From the NCBI GenBank assembly GCA_946186275.1, contig CAMHMO010000001.1, positions 139,735 through 203,734 on the forward strand: DNA of 64,000 nt, given 5' to 3'. The notes beneath the pieces are model-generated. The model worked only from the letters and a program-made list of their open reading frames with translations, did no database searches and was not told the DNA's origin. Origin of the DNA: an uncultured Verrucomicrobiota bacterium (lineage in GTDB: Bacteria; Verrucomicrobiota; Verrucomicrobiia; Opitutales; UBA9783). Shown piece after piece: positions 38,006 through 48,514 of this stretch. Position 1 is the first letter of the stretch; each line of letters opens with the position of its first letter. A program made the position numbers and the translations under genes.

Positions 38006-40699
38006 TTACGAACGCGCCTGTTTCAAGGCCGCCTGAGCGCATGCCAGACGTACAATCGGGATGCGTTTCGGGGCACAACTCACATAATCCAAGCCGACGT
38101 TGTGGAAAAATTCGACCGAACGCGGATCGCCGCCGTGTTCGCCGCAAACACCCAATTCCATCTTCGGTTTGACGGCACGCGCGCGCTTCACGGCAAATTT
38201 GACCAGTTCCCCTACCCCGTCAACATCGATGGATGCAAACGGATTTTGCGTGAAAATTTCGCAATCCGTATAGGCTTTGAAAAACTTCCCCATATCGTCG
38301 CGACTGATACCCAACGTGAGTTGTGTCAGGTCGTTTGTGCCGAAGCTGAAAAAGTCGGCGACTTCGGCAATGTTCGCCGCGCGTACCGTTGCACGCGGAT
38401 TTTCGATCATCGTTCCGAGTTTGTACGGAATTTCAATGTTTCGTTCGGCGCAGACATTTTTATGAATGTTGCGAATGACCTTCGCCTGGTGTTCAAATTC
38501 CTTCACGAACCCGACCAGCGGCAACATAATCTCCAAAGACACCTTTATGCCCGACGACAAAACCTCCGCGACGGCTTCGAAAATCGCCCGAGCCTGCATC
38601 TCGGTAATTTCGGGGTACGAAATGCCCAGACGGCAACCGCGATGCCCCAACATCGGATTTTGTTCTTTCAACGCATCGGAACGACGTTTGATTTCATCCA
38701 TCGACAAACCGATCGCTTTGGATAATTCCGCAATCGTCTCCTCATCGTGCGGCAAAAATTCGTGCAACGGCGGATCCAGAAGGCGGATAATCACCGGATG
38801 CCCCTTCATGGCTTTGAAGATGCCGACAAAATCCTCCCGTTGCAATGGAAGCAGTTTATCCAAAGCTTTACGACGCGCCGCTTCATTATCGGCTAAAATC
38901 ATTTCCCTCATCGCATCAATGCGATGCCCTTTGAAAAACATATGCTCCGTGCGACACAAACCGACGCCTTCCGCGCCGAACGCAAACGCCAACGCGGCTT
39001 GATCGGGCGTGTCGGCATTGGTGCGAATGCCTAATCGACGATAACCGTCGCTCCAATGCATGATTTTGTGAAACATGCGATAAGTTGCGCTCTTATCCGC
39101 ATCCAAAGTACCGTTCAGCACCTGCATCACCTCCGACGGAGCCGTCTTTATCGCGCCGCCGAACACTTCGCCCGTGGAACCGTCGATGGAAATAAAATCC
39201 CCTTCGCGCAAAACAGTTTTGCCGCAGGTTAAGCTTTTTGCGTCGTAATCAATCCGTACATTGCCCGCGCCGCAAACACAAACTTTTCCCATCTGACGTG
39301 CCACCAAAGCCGCATGGGAACTGACACCGCCGCGGCTCGTCAGAATACCTTCGGCGACCAGCATGCCGCGTAAATCCTCGGGGGAGGTTTCGGCGCGGCA
39401 CAAAACAACCTTATCACCTTTTTTGGCAAGCTCTTCCGCGCGATCCGCCGTAAAAACAACCTTTCCGCAGGCGGCACCGGGACCAGCGGGTAATCCGACG
39501 GTCACGGGAGAAGCTTTTTTCTTTTCATCCGCATTAAAAATCGGCACCAACAGCGTTGCAATCGATTCTGCGGGAATGCGCAACAGAGCCGTTTTTTGGT
39601 CAATGAGCCCTTCCTGCACCATATCCAGGGCAATACGCACCGCCGCAAGACCCGTCCGTTTGCCGTTGCGGGTCTGCAGAATAAATAAATGCCCGTCCTC
39701 GACGGTAAATTCGAAATCCTGCATGTCGGTAAAACGTTTCTCCAAAACGGAACGCACTTCCAGCAGTTCCCGATAGGCATTCGGCATTTCCCGCTCCAAA
39801 TCCGCCATCGGGTGCGGCGTCCGAATACCCGCCACTACATCTTCACCCTGCGCATTGATGAGATATTCGCCGTAAAATTCATTCGTACCGTTGGCGGGAT
39901 TGCGCGTGAACGCCACGCCCGTCGCACTCGTGTCGCCGGCATTGCCGAACACCATCGACTGAACATTCACCGCCGTTCCCCAATCCGACGGGATATTGTA
40001 CTTATGACGGTACAAAACGGCGCGTTCGTTGAACCAGGAACCGAAAACCGCCCCCACCGCGCCTTCCAGTTGTTCGAAAACGTCCTGCGGGAACTCGTAC
40101 CTTTTTTCTTTGCGTACCAGTTCTTTGAAGCGGACGATGATGTTTTTCAAGTCGTCGGCATCCAATTCGGTATCGAACTTGACTCCTTTGTTCTTTTTGG
40201 CATCCGATAGAATTTCGTCGAACGGATCGAGATCGCTTCCGGCACCGATATTCATGACGACATCGCCGTACATTTGAATAAACCGACGGTAACAATCGTA
40301 TGCAAAGCGCGGATTGTTCATCTTCTTAGCAAAACCCTCCGTTGTTTGGTCGTTTAAACCCAGGTTTAGAACCGTATCCATCATGCCGGGCATCGATTCG
40401 CGCGCGCCGGAACGCACCGAAAACAACAGCGGATTGGACGGATCGCCGAAGGTTTTGTGCAACTGGGCTTCGACGTTTTTAATGGCATCTTTTATCGCCG
40501 CCTTTAATTCTGGCTTAATCTTCTTGTCGGACTTGTAATAATCCAGACACATTTCGGTGGTAATCGTAAACCCGGGCGGCACCGGCAAACCGATGCGCGA
40601 CATTTCCGCCAAATTCGCACCTTTGCCTCCGAGCAATTTTCGCATCGCGGCATCACCGTCCGTGTGTGCCCCGAACTCATACACCATCTTGTCCTCCAT
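38006..40699 (-). CDS. ppdK: Pyruvate, phosphate dikinase
   Basis: Trimmed to [10 protein letters not shown]... [28 protein letters not shown], phosphohistidine site [16 protein letters not shown]-terminal GLDYVSCAP. Confidence 0.95.
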   Translation of the reverse strand: MEDKMVYEFGAHTDGDAAMRKLLGGKGANLAEMSRIGLPVPPGFTITTEMCLDYYKSDKKIKPELKAAIKDAIKNVEAQLHKTFGDPSNPLLFSVRSGARESMPGMMDTVLNLGLNDQTTEGFAKKMNNPRFAYDCYRRFIQMYGDVVMNIGAGSDLDPFDEILSDAKKNKGVKFDTELDADDLKNIIVRFKELVRKEKRYEFPQDVFEQLEGAVGAVFGSWFNERAVLYRHKYNIPSDWGTAVNVQSMVFGNAGDTSATGVAFTRNPANGTNEFYGEYLINAQGEDVVAGIRTPHPMADLEREMPNAYRELLEVRSVLEKRFTDMQDFEFTVEDGHLFILQTRNGKRTGLAAVRIALDMVQEGLIDQKTALLRIPAESIATLLVPIFNADEKKKASPVTVGLPAGPGAACGKVVFTADRAEELAKKGDKVVLCRAETSPEDLRGMLVAEGILTSRGGVSSHAALVARQMGKVCVCGAGNVRIDYDAKSLTCGKTVLREGDFISIDGSTGEVFGGAIKTAPSEVMQVLNGTLDADKSATYRMFHKIMHWSDGYRRLGIRTNADTPDQAALAFAFGAEGVGLCRTEHMFFKGHRIDAMREMILADNEAARRKALDKLLPLQREDFVGIFKAMKGHPVIIRLLDPPLHEFLPHDEETIAELSKAIGLSMDEIKRRSDALKEQNPMLGHRGCRLGISYPEITEMQARAIFEAVAEVLSSGIKVSLEIMLPLVGFVKEFEHQAKVIRNIHKNVCAERNIEIPYKLGTMIENPRATVRAANIAEVADFFSFGTNDLTQLTLGISRDDMGKFFKAYTDCEIFTQNPFASIDVDGVGELVKFAVKRARAVKPKMELGVCGEHGGDPRSVEFFHNVGLDYVSCAPKRIPIVRLACAQAALKQARS

Positions 40700-40871
40700 A
40701 AGCAGAAACCCTGTAAATTTAGTATAAGATTGACCGAGTTGAAAGTCAATCAATGCGTAGGGCACAAAAAACCGCACAAGATTGCAACACGTACGGTTCG
40801 TAAAGAAAAGACCGCAAACGCCCGACGTTTAAATTCGGGCGTATTGCAAAAACAAGAACTCTCCGAAGTAA

Positions 40872-42218
40872 TTACTTCTTGGAAAACTTCCCGTCGGAAG
40901 CATCGTGCATCTTTTTAAGCTTCCGATACCATTCCTCATCTGCCTTCACCGATTCCATATATGATCGGCGACAGTCAACCTGGGCACTTCCGCTTATATA
41001 TGAAATATTGAACGCCGCCGAAATCGCTTTCAAATAATACGGCATATCCTCTTTTTTTTCACTTTGTTCGCCCTTCCCTTTCTCCTCATCATCGCTGTCG
41101 GAAAACTCAATCATTTTTTCCCCGACGCTGCGATCCTCTTGTATCAGCTTATTTTGCCTGCCGGCAAAATCCTTCAAACGCTCTTTACTATCGTAGATGT
41201 AAGATCGCATAAAAAGCGGTTTATGATACGGAATGCCACTCCGACCGCCTTTTCCTAAATCCGGAAACACGAAATCAGACAGTTCATTGATATACACAAC
41301 GCCGTCGATTTCGATAAAACCAAGCATGTTCCATGCTTCTTCGATCGTATCCCAATCCATGGCAACCGCAGGGCACTGATTATAAATCGCTTCCACACTG
41401 CGCTCCGTCACGGGATCCGAAGAAAAATCTTTCGGCAGTTGATACACATCCCGAATGAATTTTGTTGTATAGGAGCACAAAGCGGGATCGCCCGACAAGC
41501 CCAATTCATAGTATAGCGCGTGTCTTATTTCGTGCGCCAAAAGGGAATGATGGAAAATCTCATCTTCCGTAAAATGAATAACATAACGCCGATCGTTCCC
41601 GACCGCTTTAATGTAACAAAAACCGCTGCTTCCACCCATGAATTTCAGCTCAGTCTTGTCTTTAAGCAAAAAATCATAAAGCGCCAATACCTGTTTTGAT
41701 TTCTCCCACCACGGCTTTAACAGCAGACATGCCAAAAAACTTCTTTTCTTGTTCTCAATCGCACTCAACGGCAAAGGGGAAAAATCGTAAATCCTATCCT
41801 CGGTATCGCGGAAGCAGAACGAACAGGGAATTGCTTCTATGCAACGCTCCAGCACTTTTTTGTAATCCTTGATGCACCCGTCAAAATCAAACGTACTCGC
41901 GGTTTTGCCAAAAGCTTCGCTCTTTTTGATCCCTTCACAAATGGTTTCAAACGAAACCACTCGAAATGTTTCGTTATACCCCAAATCCCTGAGCTTTTGC
42001 AATCGCTCTTTGTCGACTTCCTCCAACGGTCGCGAGTACTGCAGAAACGCCTCTTTGGTACTCCTCTGCGGCGGTAATTCCAGCAATGAGTAAGGCTCGC
42101 CGAAGACGGACGAAGCGGTTGCGAAACTGATGCAACCCAACGACGCGACATGATACAGTGTTTTACCGATGCTCATATTCGATACTACAATGGAAAGCAG
42201 AAAATTTTTGAATGACAA
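40872..42218 (-). CDS. Secreted HExxH protein, divergent paralog 3 of the 34358/36239 family
   Basis: Hydrophobic N-terminus, SLLAHEIRHALYYELG, and WDTIEEAWNMLGFIEIDGVVYINELSD matching the family block. Confidence 0.6.
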   Translation of the reverse strand: MSFKNFLLSIVVSNMSIGKTLYHVASLGCISFATASSVFGEPYSLLELPPQRSTKEAFLQYSRPLEEVDKERLQKLRDLGYNETFRVVSFETICEGIKKSEAFGKTASTFDFDGCIKDYKKVLERCIEAIPCSFCFRDTEDRIYDFSPLPLSAIENKKRSFLACLLLKPWWEKSKQVLALYDFLLKDKTELKFMGGSSGFCYIKAVGNDRRYVIHFTEDEIFHHSLLAHEIRHALYYELGLSGDPALCSYTTKFIRDVYQLPKDFSSDPVTERSVEAIYNQCPAVAMDWDTIEEAWNMLGFIEIDGVVYINELSDFVFPDLGKGGRSGIPYHKPLFMRSYIYDSKERLKDFAGRQNKLIQEDRSVGEKMIEFSDSDDEEKGKGEQSEKKEDMPYYLKAISAAFNISYISGSAQVDCRRSYMESVKADEEWYRKLKKMHDASDGKFSKK

Positions 42219-42332
42219 AGTTATTCTTTAAAATCAGCTAAGCGTGAAAAATCACTACCACAATCGCTCCGTTAATAACAATCAACTTTTCCAAAATCAC
42301 CGCTTATCTTTATAATAGAGAAACCGACCACC

Positions 42333-44174
42333 GTGGATCCGCTTGACGTACGGAAAACAAACTTCGGACGCATTCGATTTCTTCAATGCGTCAGCGGTGT
42401 TTTGTTTTTCATTCTGTTTGTCGGCATCGTCTATCGACAATACGGACAGTTTTATTTGTACAACAAACTCGACAACCGCCAATGCCTGCGTCGGATTTTA
42501 CAACCGGGCATGCGCGGAAAAATTTACGACCGCAACGGACGGATTTTGGCAACACACCGCGACAGTTACTGTCTGTACGTCGACCTCAACGCGTTTCGCA
42601 AACCCTTCGAGTTGTTTTGCAAAAAGAACCGCGCTCCCTCCCTGCAACGCGAACAACTGTGGGCGTTGGTGAACGATGCACTTTTGCCATACGCGCGCCA
42701 AATCGGCGATATTCCGTTTAAAATTTCGCCCAAAAAGCTGTTGCAGCATTATCACCAAAACATCCTGTTGCCGTTGAAAATTGCCTCCGATCTGCCGCAA
42801 GCAGTCTATGCCCGACTGTTGACAATCCTTCCGACGGAAAGCCCTTTCCAAGTCGGCGTCGAATACATTCGTCATTATCCGTACGGCTCTTCCGCCTGCC
42901 ACGTGCTGGGGTACGTGACCCGAACATCGGAGTTGGATGCCGAGCATCTGCCGGGAAACGGCCTGCGAACGTTCTTTTTGCCGCGCGAAAAAGGACAAAC
43001 GGGCATCGAAGAGCAGTACGACGAGTATTTGAGCGGTTGCAACGGCGGCGAAATCTGGCGCGTCACACCGTCGGGACAAAAACAGCAAAAATTGCTTTCC
43101 GTCCCAAGCGTCAACGGATCATCCTTGACGTTATCGCTGGATATCGATTTGCAACGGGTTTGTGAACATGCGCTGGAGGAATATAAAAAAGGTTCCGTTT
43201 CGGTGATCGACCTCGCAAGCGGCGGCGTTTTGGCGATGGTCAGTACGCCGGGATTTGATTTAAACGAACTGACGCCGTTTGTGTCGCCGGAAGTTTTCGA
43301 AGACATCAATGCGCGCGAAGCCTGGTTCAATCGCGCCGTTCAAGGACTTTATCCACCCGGCTCAACTTTCAAGGTACTTTCGATGTCCGCCTTCCTTCGC
43401 AACGGCATCGTCGACGCACACACGACGTATGATTGTACGGGGACGTATCGCATTGCGCACCGCAATATCCGATGCCACAAGCGCGGCGGGCACGGATTAC
43501 TCAATACGATGCAGGCAATTCAATTCAGCTGTAATCCGTTTTTTATCCACTACGGAATGCGTTTGGGCGTTGAAAAATTGTACGACGAAGCCTGCCGTTA
43601 CCGTCTCGACCGACCGACGGGAATTGATTTGCCGCACGAAACACACCGCCTTTGTATTCCGTCGCCGCAATGGAAGCGCAAAAAACTGCACGACGGCTGG
43701 GCACAAGGCGACACGGCAAACATGGTGATCGGGCAAGGTTACACGCTGGTTACGCCGTTTAAAATGGCGTGTTTCGCAGCGGCACTGGCGAAAAATCAAA
43801 CTTTTTTTACGCCGCATTTTGCCGAAATCGAAACCGACGGTATCGCTCCGTCTGCCCCCCTGCCTCAAACGGCACTGTCGACGATGCACCGCGGTATTTT
43901 AAGAAACGGCATGCGCAAAGTCGGCGAACGTTATATTTCCTTCGTGCCGACGGCATTAAAAACGGGAACGGCGCAGGTCAAAGTCGCCCACACCGATCGT
44001 TACACGCATATCGGTTGGATGATCGGCTATGCTCCGATGGACAATCCGAAGATCGCCTTCTGCATCCAAATCGAACAGGAAGGCACGGATGATGATTTTT
44101 GGGGCGGTCAGGTATGCGCACCCGTCGCAAGGGCGTTTTTGGAGCGTTATTTTGAAAAGAAAAGGGGAAAATAG
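42333..44174 (+). CDS. mrdA: Class B penicillin-binding protein (PBP2-like transpeptidase)
   Basis: N-terminal TM, RGKIYDRNGRILA, SxxK PPGSTFKVLS, SxN FSCNPFF, KTG LKTGTAQV. Confidence 0.75.
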   Translation: MDPLDVRKTNFGRIRFLQCVSGVLFFILFVGIVYRQYGQFYLYNKLDNRQCLRRILQPGMRGKIYDRNGRILATHRDSYCLYVDLNAFRKPFELFCKKNRAPSLQREQLWALVNDALLPYARQIGDIPFKISPKKLLQHYHQNILLPLKIASDLPQAVYARLLTILPTESPFQVGVEYIRHYPYGSSACHVLGYVTRTSELDAEHLPGNGLRTFFLPREKGQTGIEEQYDEYLSGCNGGEIWRVTPSGQKQQKLLSVPSVNGSSLTLSLDIDLQRVCEHALEEYKKGSVSVIDLASGGVLAMVSTPGFDLNELTPFVSPEVFEDINAREAWFNRAVQGLYPPGSTFKVLSMSAFLRNGIVDAHTTYDCTGTYRIAHRNIRCHKRGGHGLLNTMQAIQFSCNPFFIHYGMRLGVEKLYDEACRYRLDRPTGIDLPHETHRLCIPSPQWKRKKLHDGWAQGDTANMVIGQGYTLVTPFKMACFAAALAKNQTFFTPHFAEIETDGIAPSAPLPQTALSTMHRGILRNGMRKVGERYISFVPTALKTGTAQVKVAHTDRYTHIGWMIGYAPMDNPKIAFCIQIEQEGTDDDFWGGQVCAPVARAFLERYFEKKRGK

Positions 44175-44483
44175 GAAGCGTACAAAATCGACCATTCGCT
44201 CTGTCGAAGATATTCTGTTGCGACAGATACCAAAAACCAGCAACCGCCTCCGAGCGTGAGAGCAATTTCAGAGTTATTTGTCCTTTTACGTACACTTTTA
44301 AGAAGTACAGGTATTTCCAAAATCGCAACCGACCGCCTGTTGTTTTACATTACCGCCCGTTTGTCGAAACAACAGATCCGAAACGAACAAAAAGGGACGG
44401 GAGTGTAATGTAACCGTTCTTTCTCGAAACCGTTCGCATTCGTTTCGGTAAAATAACATGCATCACAAGTTTTCCGGTCGTCG

Positions 44484-44511
44484 AAAACAAAAATACCCGT
44501 CAAACGACGGG
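44484..44511 (-). terminator. Rho-independent terminator after the OMP gene
   Basis: Minus strand: CCCGTC-gttt-GACGGG followed by TATTTTTGTTTT, about 29 nt past the stop. Confidence 0.7.
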
Positions 44512-44539
44512 CATTCCTGTTTATGAATATGAAAACTGT

Positions 44540-45421
44540 TTAGAAATGATACATCAAAGCGACTTCGAAGCCTTTCGCCGTACCGCCGCCTTCGATACCG
44601 ATTTCCTGATTGTCTTTCTTCATGCTGTAACGCTTGTTATCAATACGCATCAGACGATAACCGCCGCGCAGGCTCCAACCTTCGGAAATGTTCACGCCGA
44701 TACCCGCAAAGCACTGGTACAACTTCTTCATTTTGCGGAACGGAATTTTATCCTCATTATTCAGATGCAGACGCGCAACCTCATAACAAGCACCCAAACC
44801 GCCGCCGACATACGCCATGAAGTATTTATTCAACGGCACATCCAGCGTCAAATTGACGGCACCAAACGGCTGATGGAAACGGATTTTGGTGTTTATATCA
44901 TTCCAATCTACACCGAATTTACTCCGCGATAATCTGTTTGCACCATCCAGTGCCTGATTGGCGGTAACTGCACCAGGATGTCCAAGATACGCCAGGATCT
45001 GTGCTCCCGTTTCCAACTTCAACATCTTTGCTAACTTATACGTCTGCGTATCCGCCTGCACATATCCAAACTCCAAACCCAAACGCAACCACTTATACTT
45101 AGCACCCAACTCAAATGATCCCATGAACCCGCATTTTGATTTTTGATCTTCTCCAGGCACCCTCAAATCAACTCCAAGACCATCCAAGTCCACTACCCCA
45201 GTACCGTTAATCGTACCGAAATGCATAGAACCGCTCACACGATGTGCACCGCTCTTCGGCAATCCGCCTTTAATCATGATGTACGGACGCACGGAAGGCT
45301 TCTGCGCCTCATACGAAACACCACCCTCTTCATCCGCACTCGTCTCCGCAACACCGAAAGCCGCGGAAACCGCGCAGAACGAACCCAACAACAACGACCA
45401 TTTCTTACCAGACCACAACAT
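44540..45421 (-). CDS. Outer-membrane beta-barrel protein
   Basis: Signal peptide MLWSGKKWSLLLGSFCAVSAAFGVA, alternating hydrophobic pattern, and C-terminal ..GFEVALMYHF (terminal aromatic residue). Confidence 0.65.
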   Translation of the reverse strand: MLWSGKKWSLLLGSFCAVSAAFGVAETSADEEGGVSYEAQKPSVRPYIMIKGGLPKSGAHRVSGSMHFGTINGTGVVDLDGLGVDLRVPGEDQKSKCGFMGSFELGAKYKWLRLGLEFGYVQADTQTYKLAKMLKLETGAQILAYLGHPGAVTANQALDGANRLSRSKFGVDWNDINTKIRFHQPFGAVNLTLDVPLNKYFMAYVGGGLGACYEVARLHLNNEDKIPFRKMKKLYQCFAGIGVNISEGWSLRGGYRLMRIDNKRYSMKKDNQEIGIEGGGTAKGFEVALMYHF

Positions 45422-45435
45422 ATAACGTCTCCATT

Positions 45436-45459
45436 AGAGAGAGAGAGAGAGAGAGAGAG
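45436..45459. repeat. (AG)12 microsatellite, (CT)12 on the OMP gene strand, 14 nt upstream of its ATG
   Basis: Counted directly. Minus strand reads TTGACC-TCTCT..CT-AATGGAGACGTTAT-ATG. Confidence 0.95.
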
Positions 45460-45667
45460 GTCAAGTTAAAAAATAACGTTTTTTTTCGAATGTTTGTTTT
45501 TTTTGAAAAAATTGCCGAAAGTTTCGCCTCAAAGGAAAAATCCCTAACCTTCGAATTCAAACCGCGACCGTTGCACAATACAACTGTCACCCGACATTTT
45601 CCGAAAAAGCACGTTTTTTGCTTACGCGGGTCATACTGCGGGCAATAATAAAGTCAAACCGTAAGAA

Positions 45668-46606
45668 ATGATCGAAGGAAAATCGCCGTATGCTTTCATT
45701 GTCGGATCACAATCTTCCTCATTGGCAACCGAAGTCGCGCATTTGCTCGGATGCGAAGCCGTTTCCGTGTATAAAAAAATCTTCGATGACGGCGAAACAC
45801 GGCTCCGACTGCCGATAACGGTTGCAGGCAAAGAAGTGATTATCTTTCAAACCATCACCGAACAACCCGATGCGGTTGTTTTTGAAACTTTGCGGATGGT
45901 TGATGCGGCAAAAACTTTGGGCGCAAGAACAATCACGGTCGTTTTTCCCTGTTATCCGTATGCACGGCAGGATCGGGAATTGCAAAACGGATGCGACATT
46001 CCGCCGAAATTGATTGCAAAACTTTTAAAAACCGCAGGAGCCGATCGGCTGGTGACCGTCGACATCCATGCACCGAGGCAGATCGATGATTTTCCGTTGC
46101 CGACGTACAACATATCAACCGAAGCGTTGTTTGCGGAGTATTTGAAACAACGGACGGTGGAAACGGATGAAATTCTTTTATTTGCGCCCGATCGCGGTGC
46201 CTTACTGCGTGTGCAATCGCTTGCAAAAACACTCGGATGCGATTTTGGTTGGTGCGATAAAAAACGCTTGACGGACGGAACACTCAAATTCGCGAATTTT
46301 CACGGCAATGCGTGCGGTAAGTCGGTGTATATCCTCGATGATCGCATTGACACCGGCGGTACATTGATTACGGTCGCAACCCGTTTAAAACAGGCGGGTG
46401 CACGACAAATTGTCGGCATTGTCACACATGGCATTACTTCCCCTGCTCTCTTGAAACGACTGAAAACGGCGGGCTTGGACGAGATTATCGAGACTGATAC
46501 GCGGGAGGTTATTCGGGATAAGAATTTTGTAGAAGTTTTGTCGGTTGCGGAATTATTGGCGAAGGAGTTGAAAAAGCTGAACGAAGTTCACTCACTCCCC
46601 TGGTGA
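45668..46606 (+). CDS. prs: Ribose-phosphate pyrophosphokinase
   Basis: YPYARQDR, VTVDIHAPRQI, PRPP loop ILDDRIDTGGTL. Confidence 0.9.
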   Translation: MIEGKSPYAFIVGSQSSSLATEVAHLLGCEAVSVYKKIFDDGETRLRLPITVAGKEVIIFQTITEQPDAVVFETLRMVDAAKTLGARTITVVFPCYPYARQDRELQNGCDIPPKLIAKLLKTAGADRLVTVDIHAPRQIDDFPLPTYNISTEALFAEYLKQRTVETDEILLFAPDRGALLRVQSLAKTLGCDFGWCDKKRLTDGTLKFANFHGNACGKSVYILDDRIDTGGTLITVATRLKQAGARQIVGIVTHGITSPALLKRLKTAGLDEIIETDTREVIRDKNFVEVLSVAELLAKELKKLNEVHSLPW

Positions 46607-46714
46607 GCAGTTTACAAAAACTCTTCGACGAAAACTGTCTCAAAAAAACGCGCAAAAGGCAAAAGCCCCCTCGCTCCACTTCCATTCAAAGATTTTTATA
46701 CAGAGAAACGCCCC

Positions 46715-47485
46715 CTACTCGAAATCCTTTACGCCGAGGGTATGAGTTACTTTTGAACCTAAATTGGAGAAGCACTCGCAAACCGACAGCCTGTCTTGTT
46801 CATCCGGGAGCACGCCTTTTGGCTTGGACTCGAACCCTGGTGGGAAGCGAGCCATCCATTCCGCCATCAACCTGGTAGGATACCATCCCGCGAAAGTCCC
46901 GTCCGCTTCAAAGCAATATATCATTTCAAAAAAACACCCCGTCGACAGCTCCTCGTACCTCACAAGATAGAGATCGTATTTCCCGAAATCCTCAAAAGCC
47001 GGACTGTCCTTTTTGAGTTTCTTTTGCGTAACGTCGCAACACAACCTGCCTTGAGATGGTCTCCCGGGTAACCATTCGAGCATCTCCTTCGGAAAAAATA
47101 TCCGCGCAAAACGCGGACTACAAAAAAACTCCAGATATTTCCGTATATTTTCCGCGCCTACGGTTCCGGGTGTAATCGCTTGCGCAATTTTGGCACCGAT
47201 TTTCTCATCCTCAGACAGGTCAATAAGCCTGCTTTTATACTGCCAAGCCCGGCCGTGACGTTTACCAAATAATGAGCTCCAAGTATATGAGGATTCACCT
47301 TGCCAGTGATCAAGGATCGCCCGGGCGTCCAAACCGGCAATATGTTCACAAAACTCCGGAAACCCGGGGGCGTAATTCTTATAGCAAAGGATGTCAAATC
47401 CTTCCGCTCTTAAACCCGGAGCACCCAGGGCAAACCCAAGTACCGCTGTTACAATTCCTGCCTTTCTCGCCGTCAATGAGCACAT
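46715..47485 (-). CDS. Secreted hypothetical protein
   Basis: 256-aa ORF with signal-like ARKAGIVTAVLGFALGAPGLRAEG. No family recognised. Confidence 0.5.
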   Translation of the reverse strand: MCSLTARKAGIVTAVLGFALGAPGLRAEGFDILCYKNYAPGFPEFCEHIAGLDARAILDHWQGESSYTWSSLFGKRHGRAWQYKSRLIDLSEDEKIGAKIAQAITPGTVGAENIRKYLEFFCSPRFARIFFPKEMLEWLPGRPSQGRLCCDVTQKKLKKDSPAFEDFGKYDLYLVRYEELSTGCFFEMIYCFEADGTFAGWYPTRLMAEWMARFPPGFESKPKGVLPDEQDRLSVCECFSNLGSKVTHTLGVKDFE

Positions 47486-47590
47486 GTCGACCTCCTGTCA
47501 CTCCCCGCCTCCATAAGTTCACCGCCCATGTCAAATTTTTCCTTTTCCCTTGACGGTGCGGTAAAACAATTGCCAAATAAAGGCATGGAC

Positions 47591-47666
47591 GCCGAGGTAG
47601 CTCAGCCGGTAGAGCAACGCATTCGTAATGCGTGGGTCGTGAGTTCGAATCTCATCCTCGGCTCCA
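47591..47666 (+). tRNA. tRNA-Thr (anticodon CGU), CCA encoded
   Basis: Hand-folded cloverleaf: acceptor GCCGAGG/CCTCGGC, D arm GCTC/GAGC, anticodon stem ACGCA/TGCGT with loop TTCGTAA, T arm GTGAG-TTCGAAT-CTCAT. Confidence 0.9.
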
Positions 47667-47693
47667 GTTTTTCGTAAAAAAAGCGGGGTTTTT

Positions 47694-47852
47694 ATGTCAC
47701 AACATGCCAGTTTTAAAAAGAGTGCAGCGAGTGCGAGCGCAAGCCAAACGGTGTTGAAGCGCTACGATCGCATTGCGTTGATGAAGAAGCGCGGTCAATG
47801 GAAGGAAGGGCGCAGTGTGCTCGGTTTGCCGAAAACAAAACCGGAAGCCTAG
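47694..47852 (+). CDS. 52-aa 'small basic protein' (PVC-type)
   Basis: Own translation: MSQHASFKKSAASASASQTVLKRYDRIALMKKRGQWKEGRSVLGLPKTKPEA. Below the ORF-track length cut-off. Resembles my recollection of the small basic protein family (..VLKRxERI..W.EG.SV.GLPK..). Confidence 0.6.
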   Translation: MSQHASFKKSAASASASQTVLKRYDRIALMKKRGQWKEGRSVLGLPKTKPEA

Positions 47853-47882
47853 GTAAATTTTCAAGCCCGAACAGATTTTCAT

Positions 47883-48455
47883 ATGGCAACGCAAGATAAA
47901 GGTCCGGCAACGAACATTCGCAAAGGGAATGTTATTCTCTACCAAAACGTACCGCATATGGTGACGGAGGTGGAGCATCGCATGCAGGGGCGGCAAGCCG
48001 GGTTTATTCAGGTCACGTTGCGTAATTTGATGACGGGCGTTTCGACGCAAAACAAATATCATTCCAACGACACCATCTTCTTTTGCTTCGTTGAATCCAA
48101 GACCCTTGAATACTCCTACGAAGACGAAGCGGGCTTCCATTTCATGGATCCCGATACCTATGACGACGAAGCGGTATCGGCGAAATTGCTGGAGGAACAG
48201 CGCGGTTATTTAATTCCGGGGACATCGTATTCGTTACTGTTTGTGGAAGATAAGCCAGTACAGTTGCAGTTGCCGGCATCGATTGAAATGAAGGTCGAGG
48301 AAGCCTCCGAAGGTCTGCGCGGCGATACGGCGAGCAACGCCCAAAAGCCGGTTACGGTCGAAACAGGCATGCGCGTACAAGTTCCGCTGTTTATTAAAAC
48401 TGGCGATAAAATCCGCATCAGTACCGCCGACGGTTCCTATTTAGGGCGGGCATAG
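47883..48455 (+). CDS. efp: Translation elongation factor P
   Basis: Colinear with E. coli EF-P, including C-terminal LRGDTASNAQKPVTVETGMRVQVPLFIKTGDKIRISTADGSYLGRA. The modification loop reads HRMQGRQAG. Confidence 0.9.
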   Translation: MATQDKGPATNIRKGNVILYQNVPHMVTEVEHRMQGRQAGFIQVTLRNLMTGVSTQNKYHSNDTIFFCFVESKTLEYSYEDEAGFHFMDPDTYDDEAVSAKLLEEQRGYLIPGTSYSLLFVEDKPVQLQLPASIEMKVEEASEGLRGDTASNAQKPVTVETGMRVQVPLFIKTGDKIRISTADGSYLGRA

Positions 48456-48514
48456 GGTGTTTTTTTCTTCACTCGCACATTGACTGTATCGGTTGAAGAT
48501 CCGACGATGTTTTT

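Noticed and set aside
47591-47666. tRNA-Thr as an integration hotspot for a genomic island
   Set aside because: No integrase or recombinase gene flanks it, and I did not spot a duplicated tRNA 3'-end direct repeat. The neighbours on one side are core genes (efp, rnhC).
47697-48140. 147-aa minus-strand ORF
   Set aside because: It is antisense to both the small basic protein ORF and the conserved 5' part of efp, and has no recognisable features.
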